Part shown: positions 9,576-20,462 of the stretch, in pieces
Layout: every line of letters begins with the position of its first letter
How positions within the stretch are numbered: the stretch's first letter is position 1
Virus record (IMG/VR): IMGVR_UViG_3300035698_014070
Location: 1-64,000 of that record
From: a virus
Reading direction: 5' to 3' (one strand)
DNA length: 64,000 nucleotides
Made by a program: the position numbers and the translations under genes
Notes under the pieces: model-generated
The model's database searches: none
The model's input: only the letters and a program-made list of their open reading frames with translations
What the model was told of the DNA's origin: nothing

Positions 9576-11515
9576 GCAAGCAAAAACACGATGTTACATC
9601 TTACTTAGATTATTTATATAAATTAGATTATGAAGAAAGACCAGTAGATTTTGAGCAATTTGTAAGAGATCCAGCATTTATTGGTAAGATTACTAAAGGC
9701 GGAAAAGCTTTATATAACGTATGGAAGGATGAACTTAAAGCATTTACGTCTGAAGATTCACTTCTTATAATGATACTAACTGGGGGAATTGGTACGGGAA
9801 AAACTACGGCGGCAGTTATTGGTATGAGCTATGTAATGCATCGAATTCTTTGTTTAAAAAGTCCTTGGGATTATTTTAATTTAGCATCAGGTGGAAAGAT
9901 GGCTATCGCATTCTTTAATCTGACTAGAACACTAAGTTCATCTCGTGGATATGGAACATTGCACGATTATTTAGCTTCATCTTCTTGGTTTAAAGATAGG
10001 GCATCTCATGTTTATGAAAAGAAAGATAGAACGATTGTAGAGTTTGCACTGTTTGAGTACGTACTTGCATCTCCATATTCTTCTGGATTTGGTGTTGTTG
10101 GTTCTAATGTTATTTTAGGATTATTAGATGAAGTAGATGATCCATCTGAGTCTCCTGCAATGAGGACGCGTATAGCATCTATGTTTGAAGCAACATTGCG
10201 GCGGTTTGAATCACGTTTTGTTGTTGATAATGAATCATTGGGATCTTTGTTTATCGCAGCATCAAAGCAGCAGGTGTCTTCATTTTTATCTGCACTGATT
10301 GTAGATATGAAGAATTCAAAGAGAGTTTATATTGTAGATATTCCTTTGTGGAAAGCGAAACCGCAAGCAAATTATAGTGGTGAAACATTTTATGTACATC
10401 TTGGAGATACACATACAGTACCAAAAATAATAAATGCTGATGAAGTGAGTAAAAGCGATGTGCGTACTGGTATAGTGATTGAAGTACCAGTAGAACATGA
10501 AGAAGCATTTGAACGTGACATTATTGGAGCGCTTCGTGATATAGCTGGTCAAAGTTCTTCTCAAATACGTAAGTATAAATTGTTTAGTTCGATACAGTTT
10601 ATTGAGGATTGTTATGATAAAGAAAAGTTTGATCCAATTAAATCTCCATTAATAAAGACAGGATTAAAAGATAAAGTTGATTTGATTAAGCATTTTGATT
10701 TATCTAAAATACGCGTGCCTCGTCATGTACCGAGATATATTCATATGGATATAGCTTTTGCTGGTGCAGGTGATGCTCTTGGATTAGGAATGTCCTGTAT
10801 TCGTGGTATAAAAGAAGTAGAAACACAACAAGAAGATGGTACGTTTACGCTTGAGAAAATGCCGATAGCAGAAACTGATTTTGCTGCAAAGATTGTAGCA
10901 GAACCTGGCGATGAAGTTCCTATTCATAAGATAAGAAAGTTAGTACTAGATTTGAGAAGAGCTGGATTTAATATAGCAAAGTTTACTGCAGATTTACGAT
11001 TAGCTTCAGCGGATACTTCTCAAATTTTACAAGACAGAGGGATTACTTGTGAATACGTTTCATTAGATAAAAAGTCAGAGCCATATAATTTATATAGAAA
11101 TATGGTATTAGAGCAACGGTGGATTTGCCATAGGCATGGATATTTACATTTTGAGTTAACTAATTTAGAATACAATAGAGACAAAGATAAGATAGATCAT
11201 CCAGATAAAGTGGTTGAATTGGTGATGGACGATACTGGTAATATGAAAGAGATAGTATTAAAAGGATCTAAAGATGTATCAGATGGAGTTGTTGGTTCAG
11301 TATACATGGCTGTAAAGGATTATAAGATACCTGTTGATTCTAAAGCTATGAAAAATATTATGGATAATTTAACTAAAGAAACTAAAGAGGAGTTAGATCC
11401 TTATTGGTGGATATCAGATATTATGACATCTGCAAAGTCAGATAAAGAAGAAGATATAAAAGAAACAGATGATAAAGTTATGGATAAGTTTGCAAATCTT
11501 ATAAAAAGAATGTAA
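9572..11515 (+). CDS. terL: Terminase large subunit
   Basis: Walker A GGIGTGKT, Walker B LLDEVD, RNase H-like IHMDIA...GDALG, DHP and SKDVSDG. Confidence 0.93.
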   Translation: MSKQKHDVTSYLDYLYKLDYEERPVDFEQFVRDPAFIGKITKGGKALYNVWKDELKAFTSEDSLLIMILTGGIGTGKTTAAVIGMSYVMHRILCLKSPWDYFNLASGGKMAIAFFNLTRTLSSSRGYGTLHDYLASSSWFKDRASHVYEKKDRTIVEFALFEYVLASPYSSGFGVVGSNVILGLLDEVDDPSESPAMRTRIASMFEATLRRFESRFVVDNESLGSLFIAASKQQVSSFLSALIVDMKNSKRVYIVDIPLWKAKPQANYSGETFYVHLGDTHTVPKIINADEVSKSDVRTGIVIEVPVEHEEAFERDIIGALRDIAGQSSSQIRKYKLFSSIQFIEDCYDKEKFDPIKSPLIKTGLKDKVDLIKHFDLSKIRVPRHVPRYIHMDIAFAGAGDALGLGMSCIRGIKEVETQQEDGTFTLEKMPIAETDFAAKIVAEPGDEVPIHKIRKLVLDLRRAGFNIAKFTADLRLASADTSQILQDRGITCEYVSLDKKSEPYNLYRNMVLEQRWICHRHGYLHFELTNLEYNRDKDKIDHPDKVVELVMDDTGNMKEIVLKGSKDVSDGVVGSVYMAVKDYKIPVDSKAMKNIMDNLTKETKEELDPYWWISDIMTSAKSDKEEDIKETDDKVMDKFANLIKRM

Positions 11516-11520
11516 TATGT

Positions 11521-12129
11521 ATGTTGGATCAATATTATAAAGTTAGGTCACGTGCTATACGCGAATTGATTCGGCAATATAAACAGAATAAATCACAGCG
11601 TATATTCGCATTAATTCTTAAAAGAGTAGATGACCTTATATTTACAGTGCTATTTGAGTTAGTAAAGGTAGATACATATTTATTACATGTTGAATTAGAA
11701 GATTTATACCATACAGCTATAATTGGTTTACATGACGGTATAATGTCATTTTCAGAAGATGTTGACTATAAATATACAATTGCTCGTATAATCGCATATA
11801 TTAAATGTTGCATTCGTCGTGAGTTTAAATACCTACGTAAGTCTACATATCATGAAGTTTTGTCACCAAGTTTTGTGGATAATGAACGCGTAGATAATCC
11901 AAATATAGAACATACTGTAGATTTTATGCTAACGCTAGAAGTGTGGTGTAAAGATCTAGTTGATCGTAAAGTATTTAACAATGTAGATTTGTGCATATTG
12001 CGACTTAGATTTATAGAAGGAAAAACATACGTTAAGATAGGAAAAGCTATAGGATGTTCTACACAAAATGCTTGCGTTAGAACAAAACGTATTATGAGAG
12101 AATTACGTAGAGTAAAAAAATATAGCTGA
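11521..12129 (+). CDS. Phage-encoded sigma-70-family factor
   Basis: Region 2-like EDLYHTAIIGL and region 4 HTH ILRLRFIEGKTYVKIGKAIGCSTQNA. Confidence 0.8.
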   Translation: MLDQYYKVRSRAIRELIRQYKQNKSQRIFALILKRVDDLIFTVLFELVKVDTYLLHVELEDLYHTAIIGLHDGIMSFSEDVDYKYTIARIIAYIKCCIRREFKYLRKSTYHEVLSPSFVDNERVDNPNIEHTVDFMLTLEVWCKDLVDRKVFNNVDLCILRLRFIEGKTYVKIGKAIGCSTQNACVRTKRIMRELRRVKKYS

Positions 12130-12157
12130 TGTATATATTTATTATATAGAGAGTGTA

Positions 12158-12436
12158 ATGAAGCAATCACCAAAAAAAATGCGGTGTATATTTAATGGTA
12201 AAGAGTATGATTTATGTTTAGAAGAACTTGATGGGCTGTGTGATCCTCCTGATGGTAAAATAGATATACCATGTATTTATATAACAAAAGGATTTAACAA
12301 CGACCAGCTTACATTGGAGTCACTCTTGCATGAGATGATACACGCTATACGCTGGAGATTAAATCATAATACATGCAAACAACTCGCTAAAGAAATGGCG
12401 CCAATTTTGTTTAAATTATATAAACCTAGGTTTTAA
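12158..12436 (+). CDS. Small HExxH zincin-like protein
   Basis: GLCD...LLHEMIHA. Confidence 0.65.
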   Translation: MKQSPKKMRCIFNGKEYDLCLEELDGLCDPPDGKIDIPCIYITKGFNNDQLTLESLLHEMIHAIRWRLNHNTCKQLAKEMAPILFKLYKPRF

Positions 12437-12531
12437 AACGTTTAGCGCAGTACCTTGTTTGATGGCCACTGGATTGGTTTTGCATGAATCATAACAAGCA
12501 GCTTGGCAAGGTATTTTTAAAGAAAGGAATT

Positions 12532-13182
12532 ATGATGAATAGTAGAAAGATTTGTGTAGCATGTGGAGATGAACAAAAGATAGAAAACTTTAGGTTTGTA
12601 AAAGATTGTTCTGGAAACAGAAGTAAAGTATGTAGGCAGTGTTATAAAAGCATGAAAGAGTATAATAGAAAAGAACTCTGTAATACTGCTAAAACGTATT
12701 CACAAAAGCTTTACTATTGTACTGCTAGTTTATGTAAATACGCAGGTACTGCTCAACCATCATATGATTTTAATAAATCTGTGATAGGTAGATTGAGTGA
12801 AAAAAATGGCGGTATGACTTGTAAGAGTTGTGCTGCTGTATTTGCAAAGAATCATAGTAAGCGTAAAAGTACTTATAATAAGAAATTAGATTTAGAACAG
12901 GTTTCTTCTGTGGCTAAAGAAGTAACAGGTTTTGTTTCAATAGCTGATGATTTATATGGGAATTGCCTACCAGAAATAGTACCAGGTATTAATTTAGCAG
13001 ATTTAAGTAAGCAGTTTGTAGAAAAGCCTATATCTATTAGTAGAATTCAAGATATAAAAGATTTAGCAACACAAGGAATAAGACAAGCATCTCAAATGGG
13101 TGCATCTCAATTAGATTCTATTCGTTCTTTTTTATCTATTATAGATACGTGTGAAGAACTTATTAATGTTAAGGGCGAGTAA
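12532..13182 (+). CDS. Zinc-finger-containing hypothetical protein
   Basis: CVAC...CRQC...CKSC. The AAGGA RBS before ATG 12532 favours this start. Confidence 0.65.
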   Translation: MMNSRKICVACGDEQKIENFRFVKDCSGNRSKVCRQCYKSMKEYNRKELCNTAKTYSQKLYYCTASLCKYAGTAQPSYDFNKSVIGRLSEKNGGMTCKSCAAVFAKNHSKRKSTYNKKLDLEQVSSVAKEVTGFVSIADDLYGNCLPEIVPGINLADLSKQFVEKPISISRIQDIKDLATQGIRQASQMGASQLDSIRSFLSIIDTCEELINVKGE

Positions 13183-14948
13183 ATGCTTTGGATAAAGATT
13201 GGTATAAACAATAAAGAGATTCTTAAAGTAGACGCTATTAGAAAAAGCGATGATAGAACTTTCTGTGAATATGAAGTTACTTATAAAGGATCAGAAGTGC
13301 GTGAAGGTAACTTAGTTTTTAATGGAAGTATAAGTTATTATTTAAAGCATCCATTTGAAGCAGGGTTTATTCAGTTAGCAATAAGTATGTTAGAAGCAGT
13401 GAAGCAAGTATTTCCAAGCAAGTATCAATTACCGTATAAAGAAGAAAAAGGTAGTGTAAAAACATTAGGTGAGTTACCTAGTCAATTATTAGCATATACA
13501 GAAGAAGATTTTTTAAATATGGAAGATGATTGCGATGAATAAGAAATTTACAGTTAAATTACGTTTTAAGGTAGCGGATGAAATACTTTATTATAAAATG
13601 CATGATAGTATTGGTGATGGATATCCCGCTATAACTAATAGTGAAATAACTGATTTAGGATTATCACAGTTAAAAAAATATTTAAAACCAGGTAAACCAT
13701 TTAGAAAAGTATGGGTACATATTTCTTTACATAAAAAAGGAGATTATGTTGTAGAGAAAGTAAATGACTTTAGTTCTAATACTATATTTTTATACACGTA
13801 TAAGCATAGAAACAATGATAGTATGAAGAGTCCATTCTGTTATGCTGGATTTACAGAAGTATTTCCAGAAGCAGAGAATTTAATAGAAGGTGTACCTGTT
13901 TGTTTTAATTTGTTTATTGAAGTGGAGTAAGCTATGTGTATTCTTAAAAAAAATGTACGTATATATATGGAAGATGGAACTATATGGGATATTCCTATAG
14001 AAGTTATTGCGAAGGATTATGCATACTATCTTGCTTATACTGATGATGCAGATTCTTACGACGTTTTGGATGATGAAGTTATTTCAATATTTGAAGAGGA
14101 TCATAAAGAGATACTAGAATGGTTGTCAGGTGATATGGATTGGGATGCGGTAGAATCAGTTGCTGAGTTAGTACAACCATCTTTGTTTGCTGATCCTAGT
14201 ACATATAATGAAGGTATTACGAATGGGTTTAAGGAGATAGTATGATGCGTGTACTTATAGATAATAGTAAGAAGTATGTTGGAAAGTTTGTAGCAACAGA
14301 GAATTTTAATACAACAAAAGTAATTGCGTCTGGAGATAGTTTTGATACAGTTATGTTGATGGCAAGAAATAATGGTTGTAGAGATGCTGTTGTATTTTAT
14401 GTATCTAAGGAAGGAGAAGCAGTTAGATCATATGCGAGTAATAAAGACAAAACAAAGTAAAGGGCGTATTTTTGTAGCAGAGAGAAAGAAAGCATTATTT
14501 AATTTTAAAACAGATTATTCGTCTTATATTGAAACAAATATTACTAATGTTGAAATAGATATATGGGATAAAGGATTTACTGAAGGATTTGAAGCAGGGT
14601 ATAACGCGGCTATTACGTTGTTAGAAAAGAAAGAGAATTATGAAAAATAAGTTACTAGAAGAAGGTGATGTTATAATATTGCCATTGAATGTAAACGTAT
14701 ATGCGGAAGTACCTAAGTACTTTTTATATAGCAATTGCAAAGGTGAGTTTAAAGAATGGTCTCGTGGTGAGATAGAGATATCTGGAGAGTTATCTTATTT
14801 TGCAAGTACGTATATTGTAGTAAATACAGTATCTGATGGTGGTGGAACTGGTATGGGACCAAATGATATATACCCTGATGGACATCATGTTTATTGTGAG
14901 ATGAAAGGAAATAAAGAAGTAAAAGAATATAAAAGGAACTTGGCTTAA
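13183..14948 (+). other. Cluster of six small co-oriented hypothetical ORFs
   Basis: ORFs at 13183, 13526, 13934, 14242, 14372 and 14640, overlapping or abutting. Confidence 0.65.
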
Positions 14949-15207
14949 ACTATTAGATAAAGATGGTATAGAACAGCTAACACTTATACAGTCAGAAGTA
15001 GTTGTATCTTCAGTTTCTTTAAATTAAAAAGTGAGACAAAGTAATGAAATTGTTTAATAAAAATCGGCAATGTCTTAAGTGTGGCAGTAATTACGTTACT
15101 GTGAAGTATATTAAGCGTACAGATATTTTCTTACGAGAATGTTCATGTGGTTATAAGTGGAAGGAACTGCCATTAGATAGACCACAGTTAGATAGTGAAG
15201 GTAAGCA

Positions 15208-15375
15208 ATGAGTGAGATATGCGAACGAAATAGTAGCGGAGAGCGGCTGTACATTGAATGTATTGGTGCAAAGTGTAATATTCGGGGAATGATAAGGTGG
15301 GAACCAGAATGGGTGGCGGTAATGTTTGAACAACTCATGGATAAGGTGGTGGAAAGCGAGGTAAGTGATGAGTGA
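15208..15375 (+). CDS. Small hypothetical protein (not in ORF track)
   Basis: MSEICERNSSGERLYIEC...EVSDE*, read directly from the sequence. Confidence 0.5.
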   Translation: MSEICERNSSGERLYIECIGAKCNIRGMIRWEPEWVAVMFEQLMDKVVESEVSDE

Positions 15376-15538
15376 GAATGAAACCTGCGAAACTTGCATA
15401 CATCACACGACAAGCAAGGGTAGTTATATGGGCCAGACAGAATACTGGTGTCAGATACAAGCCGGTGTTAAGAACGAACATTATTGGTGCGTTATGTATG
15501 AGGCAGATACAAAGCCTGACGTGCCCGGAAGGAAGTGA
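15368..15538 (+). CDS. Small Cys-rich protein (not in ORF track)
   Basis: MSENETCETCIHH...WC...WCVMYEADTKPDVPGRK*, with a GAGGT RBS. Confidence 0.55.
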   Translation: MSENETCETCIHHTTSKGSYMGQTEYWCQIQAGVKNEHYWCVMYEADTKPDVPGRK

Positions 15539-15991
15539 GTGATGAGTAGAGAGATAAAATTCAGAGCGTGGGATATTCAAAAAAAAATAATGATTGATAT
15601 CGAAGACGTAAAATTTAATTACATGAGAAACACTGAACCTGTTGGGTATGACAACGAAGGTATTGGAGGATTACAAGGATTACATATACTTCTTGAGCAG
15701 TACACCGGCCTGAAGGACGGCACTAAATGGGATGATTTAACTTTAGGCGAACAGACAGACTGGGCAAGAGCCGGGAAAAAAGCAGAGGATTGGAACGGTA
15801 AGGAGATTTACGAGGGGGATAAGGTGTACTGGGACGAGTTAAAGAAAACCTACCCAATTATATTTCAGGACGGTGCTTTCCGTATAGGTACCGGCGAGAA
15901 AATATACAACCTTCTCATTGTGGATGTAGCGGATGTCGTGGAAGTCGTCGGTAATATACACGACGAGGCGCGGCTGACGTGCCCGGAAGGA
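15516..15991 (+). repeat. 18-bp direct repeat CTGACGTGCCCGGAAGGA bracketing yopX
   Basis: Identical copies at 15516-15533 and 15974-15991. Confidence 0.9.
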
Positions 15992-15997
15992 GAGTAG
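15539..15997 (+). CDS. YopX-family protein
   Basis: REIKFRAWD, QYTGLKD, NGKEIYEGD, EVVGNIHD. Confidence 0.9.
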   Translation: MMSREIKFRAWDIQKKIMIDIEDVKFNYMRNTEPVGYDNEGIGGLQGLHILLEQYTGLKDGTKWDDLTLGEQTDWARAGKKAEDWNGKEIYEGDKVYWDELKKTYPIIFQDGAFRIGTGEKIYNLLIVDVADVVEVVGNIHDEARLTCPEGE

Positions 15998-16118
15998 GAT
16001 GAAATACTTTAAAGATAAAGTTACGTATGTACTTTTTAGTCTATATGTTTTGATTTGGATAGTTATAATCTGTACAGTGTATACTATTATACGTAAAGGT
16101 TGGTAGTAAGGAATTATT

Positions 16119-16643
16119 ATGAAATATAAAGAAGCAAAAGCAATTGGATTAAAGTGTGGATTAGAAAGACCGTATGAGTTTATTAATAATGTTACTATAC
16201 ATATTATGAATATATTTACTTACAAGGAAATACAGAAAGAATTAGATGAGTTGAGAGAAGATGCTAAAAAGGAGGGTATTTCTTTTAGTTCTGTTTGTAA
16301 TCATGCTATTCCAAAAGATAGAGACACTGATAAGTTGTGTGATATGTGTGTTAAATTAGAGACATTGAATATGTAAAAGCGAGTTTCCATGAATTTACTC
16401 AGTGAAAAAATATTAGATGAGTTAGCACTTAAATTTCTAAAAATAAAAGGACTTAAGTGTTGTTGCGGTAAAGCTTTTTGTTCATTTGAAGGAGAAGGTT
16501 ATACGACTGGTTTTTATATTAAATGCACTAATGATCCTGTTTGCGCGTCTTGTAGTAGAGTAGTAACTAATAAGTGGATAGTTACTACAAGAAAAGAATG
16601 GGAAGCTGAACGTATATATAAGTTAGGTTTACACGATTTTTAA
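16119..16643 (+). other. Two small Cys-containing hypothetical ORFs
   Basis: ORFs 16119..16376 and 16389..16643. Confidence 0.6.
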
Positions 16644-16670
16644 AGAAAGTGAGGCGGGGGAATAAGTACT

Positions 16671-16877
16671 ATGACTAAAAGAGAAATGACACGTACAGAA
16701 ATTCAAGCAGAATTAAAGCGAATGAATATAGATATGAAGCCTATGTACGAGAAGTTAGGTATCTTATTACAGTTATATGGAGTAGGTCATGAAGATGAAA
16801 TTAGTAGTGCTATTGCAGAAGAGATAAGAAAAGAAATAAGAAAGCATCTTAAGAAAGTAAGTTTAAGAGATTTTTAA
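16671..16877 (+). CDS. Small protein ending in SLRDF (tag variant)
   Basis: C-terminus KKVSLRDF*. Confidence 0.7.
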   Translation: MTKREMTRTEIQAELKRMNIDMKPMYEKLGILLQLYGVGHEDEISSAIAEEIRKEIRKHLKKVSLRDF

Positions 16878-16894
16878 TAGATATAAGTAAATAA

Positions 16895-16948
16895 TTTTTC
16901 CTTTCCTCCTTTGAGCTCTCTGTCTTTAATTAGGTAGCAGGCTTTTTT
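16895..16948 (+). terminator. Putative intrinsic terminator preceded by a CCTCCTTT pyrimidine tract
   Basis: Imperfect hairpin ctgtct-ttaatt-aggtag followed by T6, at the start of a ~220-bp intergenic gap. Confidence 0.45.
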
Positions 16949-17101
16949 ACTAACTTTTGTTAATATAGATCTAACTTTCATTTATATATTATATAGATAG
17001 AGTATAAAGTGAAAAGTTAACAAGATAGAAAAAATAATGAGAAAAAAGAGTCATAAAGCTTTATGCAGTAAGTAGTTAAGGAACGTACAGGAGAACAAAG
17101 C

Positions 17102-17544
17102 ATGTGTAAAGAAAAAGAATTTTGTCCCTATTGTGGCACAGAATTAACAGAAAAGATGATTGAAAGTATAAATGTAGGGTATACAAATACATTGGATTTT
17201 GCGCATTTAGCTGATGAAGATGTACCTAGTTCTGATAGTGTTTATATAAGAATGAGAGATGCAGGATTGTTTAAGTCAGAAAAAGATTTGCAGAAAATAG
17301 AATCAGATGATATAGGTAGAGTTGAAGATATATTATAATGGAATCATTTGTAATAACTACAGAAGAAACAAACGATATTATACATTCAGCATGTATAGAT
17401 ACATACTTTTGCGCTAATACAATGCAGAATGATATAGCAAGACAGATAGAGCATTGTGAGACACACATACCCTGGGATAGGCCTGAGTATTATAATCCAT
17501 GGAACAGGCTAGCACCGCCACATCTTAAAGTTAAACGATGGTAA
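17102..17544 (+). other. Two small hypothetical ORFs
   Basis: 17102..17338 (CPYC) and 17338..17544. Confidence 0.6.
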
Positions 17545-18044
17545 TGAAGAGCTTAATAAAAGAATTACAGCAAGTACTGACAGAATCTACAGGACTGAAG
17601 AAAGGCGACACGGTGTACAATGTCTACACGTCCAAAGATTTTGGTTCTATAAACGAAGGGCAGTTTTCTATAGTATTCTTTATAACAGAGCACAGTGAGG
17701 CTTTACTCTGGGCAAAAGAAAACGTAAGATATAACAATGCCGATGCGGTTTACATACGTGAATGCGAATTGCTTACAGACAGAATTGCACAAGTAGAAGA
17801 TATAATGCCATACATTGAAGAAGAGAGTGCATTTGAATCAGTGTGGAATGAAGATTATTTTCATGTAGGTACATGGGAAGATAAAGCTAGACATCTAATT
17901 AGCAGGATTAAGAGAAACTGGGATGCTATAGAGTTTACGCGGCACCACGACGATATAGAAAATATGGTAATGGTATTTGATGTAGATAAGAATGTTAAGT
18001 TATTGAAAGAGCCGTATAAGTATAATAGTTTAAGAGATATATAG
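17544..18044 (+). CDS. Leader/SLRDI-tagged protein, core possibly a divergent ADP-ribosyltransferase-like fold
   Basis: Starts MKSLIKELQQVLTE and ends YNSLRDI*. Core spacing TVY..F...VFF.....A...VY...WDAI...MVFD..NVK resembles ART domains of phage polyvalent proteins but lacks the usual HG motif. Confidence 0.55.
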   Translation: MKSLIKELQQVLTESTGLKKGDTVYNVYTSKDFGSINEGQFSIVFFITEHSEALLWAKENVRYNNADAVYIRECELLTDRIAQVEDIMPYIEEESAFESVWNEDYFHVGTWEDKARHLISRIKRNWDAIEFTRHHDDIENMVMVFDVDKNVKLLKEPYKYNSLRDI

Positions 18045-18055
18045 GAGAACTTAGT

Positions 18056-18424
18056 ATGAATGATAGTTTTGATTGGCCTAGTAGTAAGACATATGCAGAT
18101 TTCTGTACAAGATTAAAAGAATTTAATGATACAGATTCGTATATTAGCGGAGAACTTAATGTATGGCTTGGTGATGTTGATATGACTTTAAAGGTACATG
18201 ATGGAGCGCATACTGTTTCTTTCTATTCAGAATTAGGTGCTCGTGAAGTATCAGAAACGAAAGCATCTGTAAAGAAAGATAAGATAAAAGATATGCTTGA
18301 ACAAATGAAAGAAGGAATTAATATACTTATAGACAACATTGATGAAGCAGTTGAAGAAGTAGTTAAACAGAATGCAGCATATAATGAGTGGGATAAAGAG
18401 TATACAGAAGAAAGTAAATTGTAA
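18056..18424 (+). CDS. Hypothetical protein
   Basis: AGGAG RBS, coupled to the portal gene. Confidence 0.7.
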   Translation: MNDSFDWPSSKTYADFCTRLKEFNDTDSYISGELNVWLGDVDMTLKVHDGAHTVSFYSELGAREVSETKASVKKDKIKDMLEQMKEGINILIDNIDEAVEEVVKQNAAYNEWDKEYTEESKL

Positions 18425-20184
18425 TGCAGAATCCGCTGAATTTAATTGCTAAGATCTTCAAGAAACCTGGTTCTGTACCAGCTGCCGATTTGATTTCAGT
18501 AATGAGAGATCTGCAGAATAATCTTGCGCAGATGCAGACACCAGATAATAAGACTAAGATGTCTAAAGAAGATCTTAGTAAGATATTATTGATGGGTTCA
18601 CCTTCCACTTCAATGGATGATACTGTATTCAATAGCATGGTTATAAACTATGAGCGCAGATCTGTTTATAAAGAATTAGATTTAAGCTTATCCCACTGGA
18701 TGATGTCATCTGCTCTCGAATGCTACAGCGATTACGCCACCGTATATTCGCCTATACATGATTCTACAGTCTGGTGTACAGGTGATACAAAGTATGTTTC
18801 TAAGATAACAAACATGTTAGATCAGATAGGAGTAGAAGAGAAGATATTTGATTGGGCATGGACAATTGCTGCATATGGAGATTTGTTTGTAGAGTTAGTA
18901 GCAGATCCATCGCTTGGTATTATAAACATAATGGATGATGACCATCCTATTAATGTATCTAGACTTGATAGAAATGGAGTATTAAACGGATTCTTTAGAA
19001 CACCATTAGGAGAAGTAGGGCAGGAAGTAACGGCACAATTATTGCCACCATGGAAGTTTGTGCACTTTAGATTGTTATCAACTAAAAGAAAGAGACCATT
19101 GTACGGTGATCCTAATTTCACAGAGTATAGAACTATGCACTTATTGTCTCCTGATGCTAGAAGAATATCAACAGCATACGGAACAAGCGTATTGATGAAC
19201 GCGTTGCCTATATATAAACGTTTACGTATGGCTGAAGATAGTCTGTTACTTACACGTTTAACTCGCGGTATTAAACGTTACATATATAAGGTCAAGGTAG
19301 ATGGCTCTAATATAGATTCTATTTCAGCCATTATTGATGGTTATAAATCATTGTTGAAGACGGCTAGAGCGATAAACAGCAGTTCTTCTAGTCCATACTT
19401 TGAAGAGCGGTATGACCCAATGGGTTCATTAGAAGATTTAATTGTGCCAGTGTGGGATAATGTGAATGATTTAGAAGTAGAAGAAATTGGTGGTGATGCA
19501 GATATACGATGGATTGTGGATATAGAGGAACTTCGCAATCAATTAGCTTCAGCATTACGTACTCCTTTATCTTTGTTAGGTGGATTTGTAGATGAGGCAA
19601 CTGGTGCTTTAGGCAGTTCATCTATAGAGAAGCTAGATATGCGGTTTGCTAGATCAGCTCGTCGTCTTCAGCGTGCTTTGATTGTTGGTATAACTAGAAT
19701 GGCACAAATAGATTTAGCATATCAAGGGCTGGATCCAGATACAAAATTGTTTGATATACATATGCCTGAAACATCTACTGCAGAAGAAGAGCAATTAAGA
19801 GAGTCATTAGATACAGCAATAGATGTGGTTGATAAAGTATTAATGACGTACGAGTCTGTGTTTGGTAAAGACTTGAATAAAGCAAAGCTGTTAGATTATT
19901 TAAATCAGAAGTTTCTGAAACTCAGTGATTTGAACTTAACTGATTATGTAACAGCGTATGAAGGAAGTGATAGAGATAAGCAATTGAGTTTGATTGATGA
20001 TGCTAAAGACGAGTTAGTGCATAATAAGGGTAGGCTTGCTAGAACAGCTAAGTCATTAGATTTTAAAGCACTAACAGAAACAAAAGAAGGTAAAGCTTTG
20101 TGGGAATTGAATAACCCAGATCGTGCAAGTATTAAGATAAAGATAAACGCTTCTAAGAAAAGAACTAAAGGTTCAAAGAAATGA
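18424..20184 (+). CDS. Portal protein (T4 gp20-like)
   Basis: SSALECYSD, YGDLF, VHFRL, YGTSVL..A...YKRLRMAEDSLLLTRLTR, SALRTP, RFARSARRLQ. Confidence 0.92.
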   Translation: MQNPLNLIAKIFKKPGSVPAADLISVMRDLQNNLAQMQTPDNKTKMSKEDLSKILLMGSPSTSMDDTVFNSMVINYERRSVYKELDLSLSHWMMSSALECYSDYATVYSPIHDSTVWCTGDTKYVSKITNMLDQIGVEEKIFDWAWTIAAYGDLFVELVADPSLGIINIMDDDHPINVSRLDRNGVLNGFFRTPLGEVGQEVTAQLLPPWKFVHFRLLSTKRKRPLYGDPNFTEYRTMHLLSPDARRISTAYGTSVLMNALPIYKRLRMAEDSLLLTRLTRGIKRYIYKVKVDGSNIDSISAIIDGYKSLLKTARAINSSSSSPYFEERYDPMGSLEDLIVPVWDNVNDLEVEEIGGDADIRWIVDIEELRNQLASALRTPLSLLGGFVDEATGALGSSSIEKLDMRFARSARRLQRALIVGITRMAQIDLAYQGLDPDTKLFDIHMPETSTAEEEQLRESLDTAIDVVDKVLMTYESVFGKDLNKAKLLDYLNQKFLKLSDLNLTDYVTAYEGSDRDKQLSLIDDAKDELVHNKGRLARTAKSLDFKALTETKEGKALWELNNPDRASIKIKINASKKRTKGSKK

Positions 20185-20462
20185 AAGAGCTAATAGAACA
20201 ATTAATAAATGTATTAGAATCAAAATATGGAACAGGCGATGTTGTAGTATTTACTTTAAAAAATTTACATAGCTCTGCTTATGCGGGTACTAAAATGAAA
20301 GAGCATGATGGTAAAAAATGTACAATAGTTAAATATTTACATACAGATTATGATTTTAATGTTTCATTCTATGATATAGAATTTGATGATGGATATACTC
20401 TAAGTAACGCAGGTGATTACATGTTAAAGCCTTATGTAAATCCTAGTTTGAGAGATATATAA
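20181..20462 (+). CDS. Leader/SLRDI-tagged small beta-barrel (KOW/SH3-like) protein
   Basis: Starts MKELIEQLINVLE, contains GDVVVF...GKKCTIV...YDIEFDDG, ends NPSLRDI*. Confidence 0.7.
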   Translation: MKELIEQLINVLESKYGTGDVVVFTLKNLHSSAYAGTKMKEHDGKKCTIVKYLHTDYDFNVSFYDIEFDDGYTLSNAGDYMLKPYVNPSLRDI

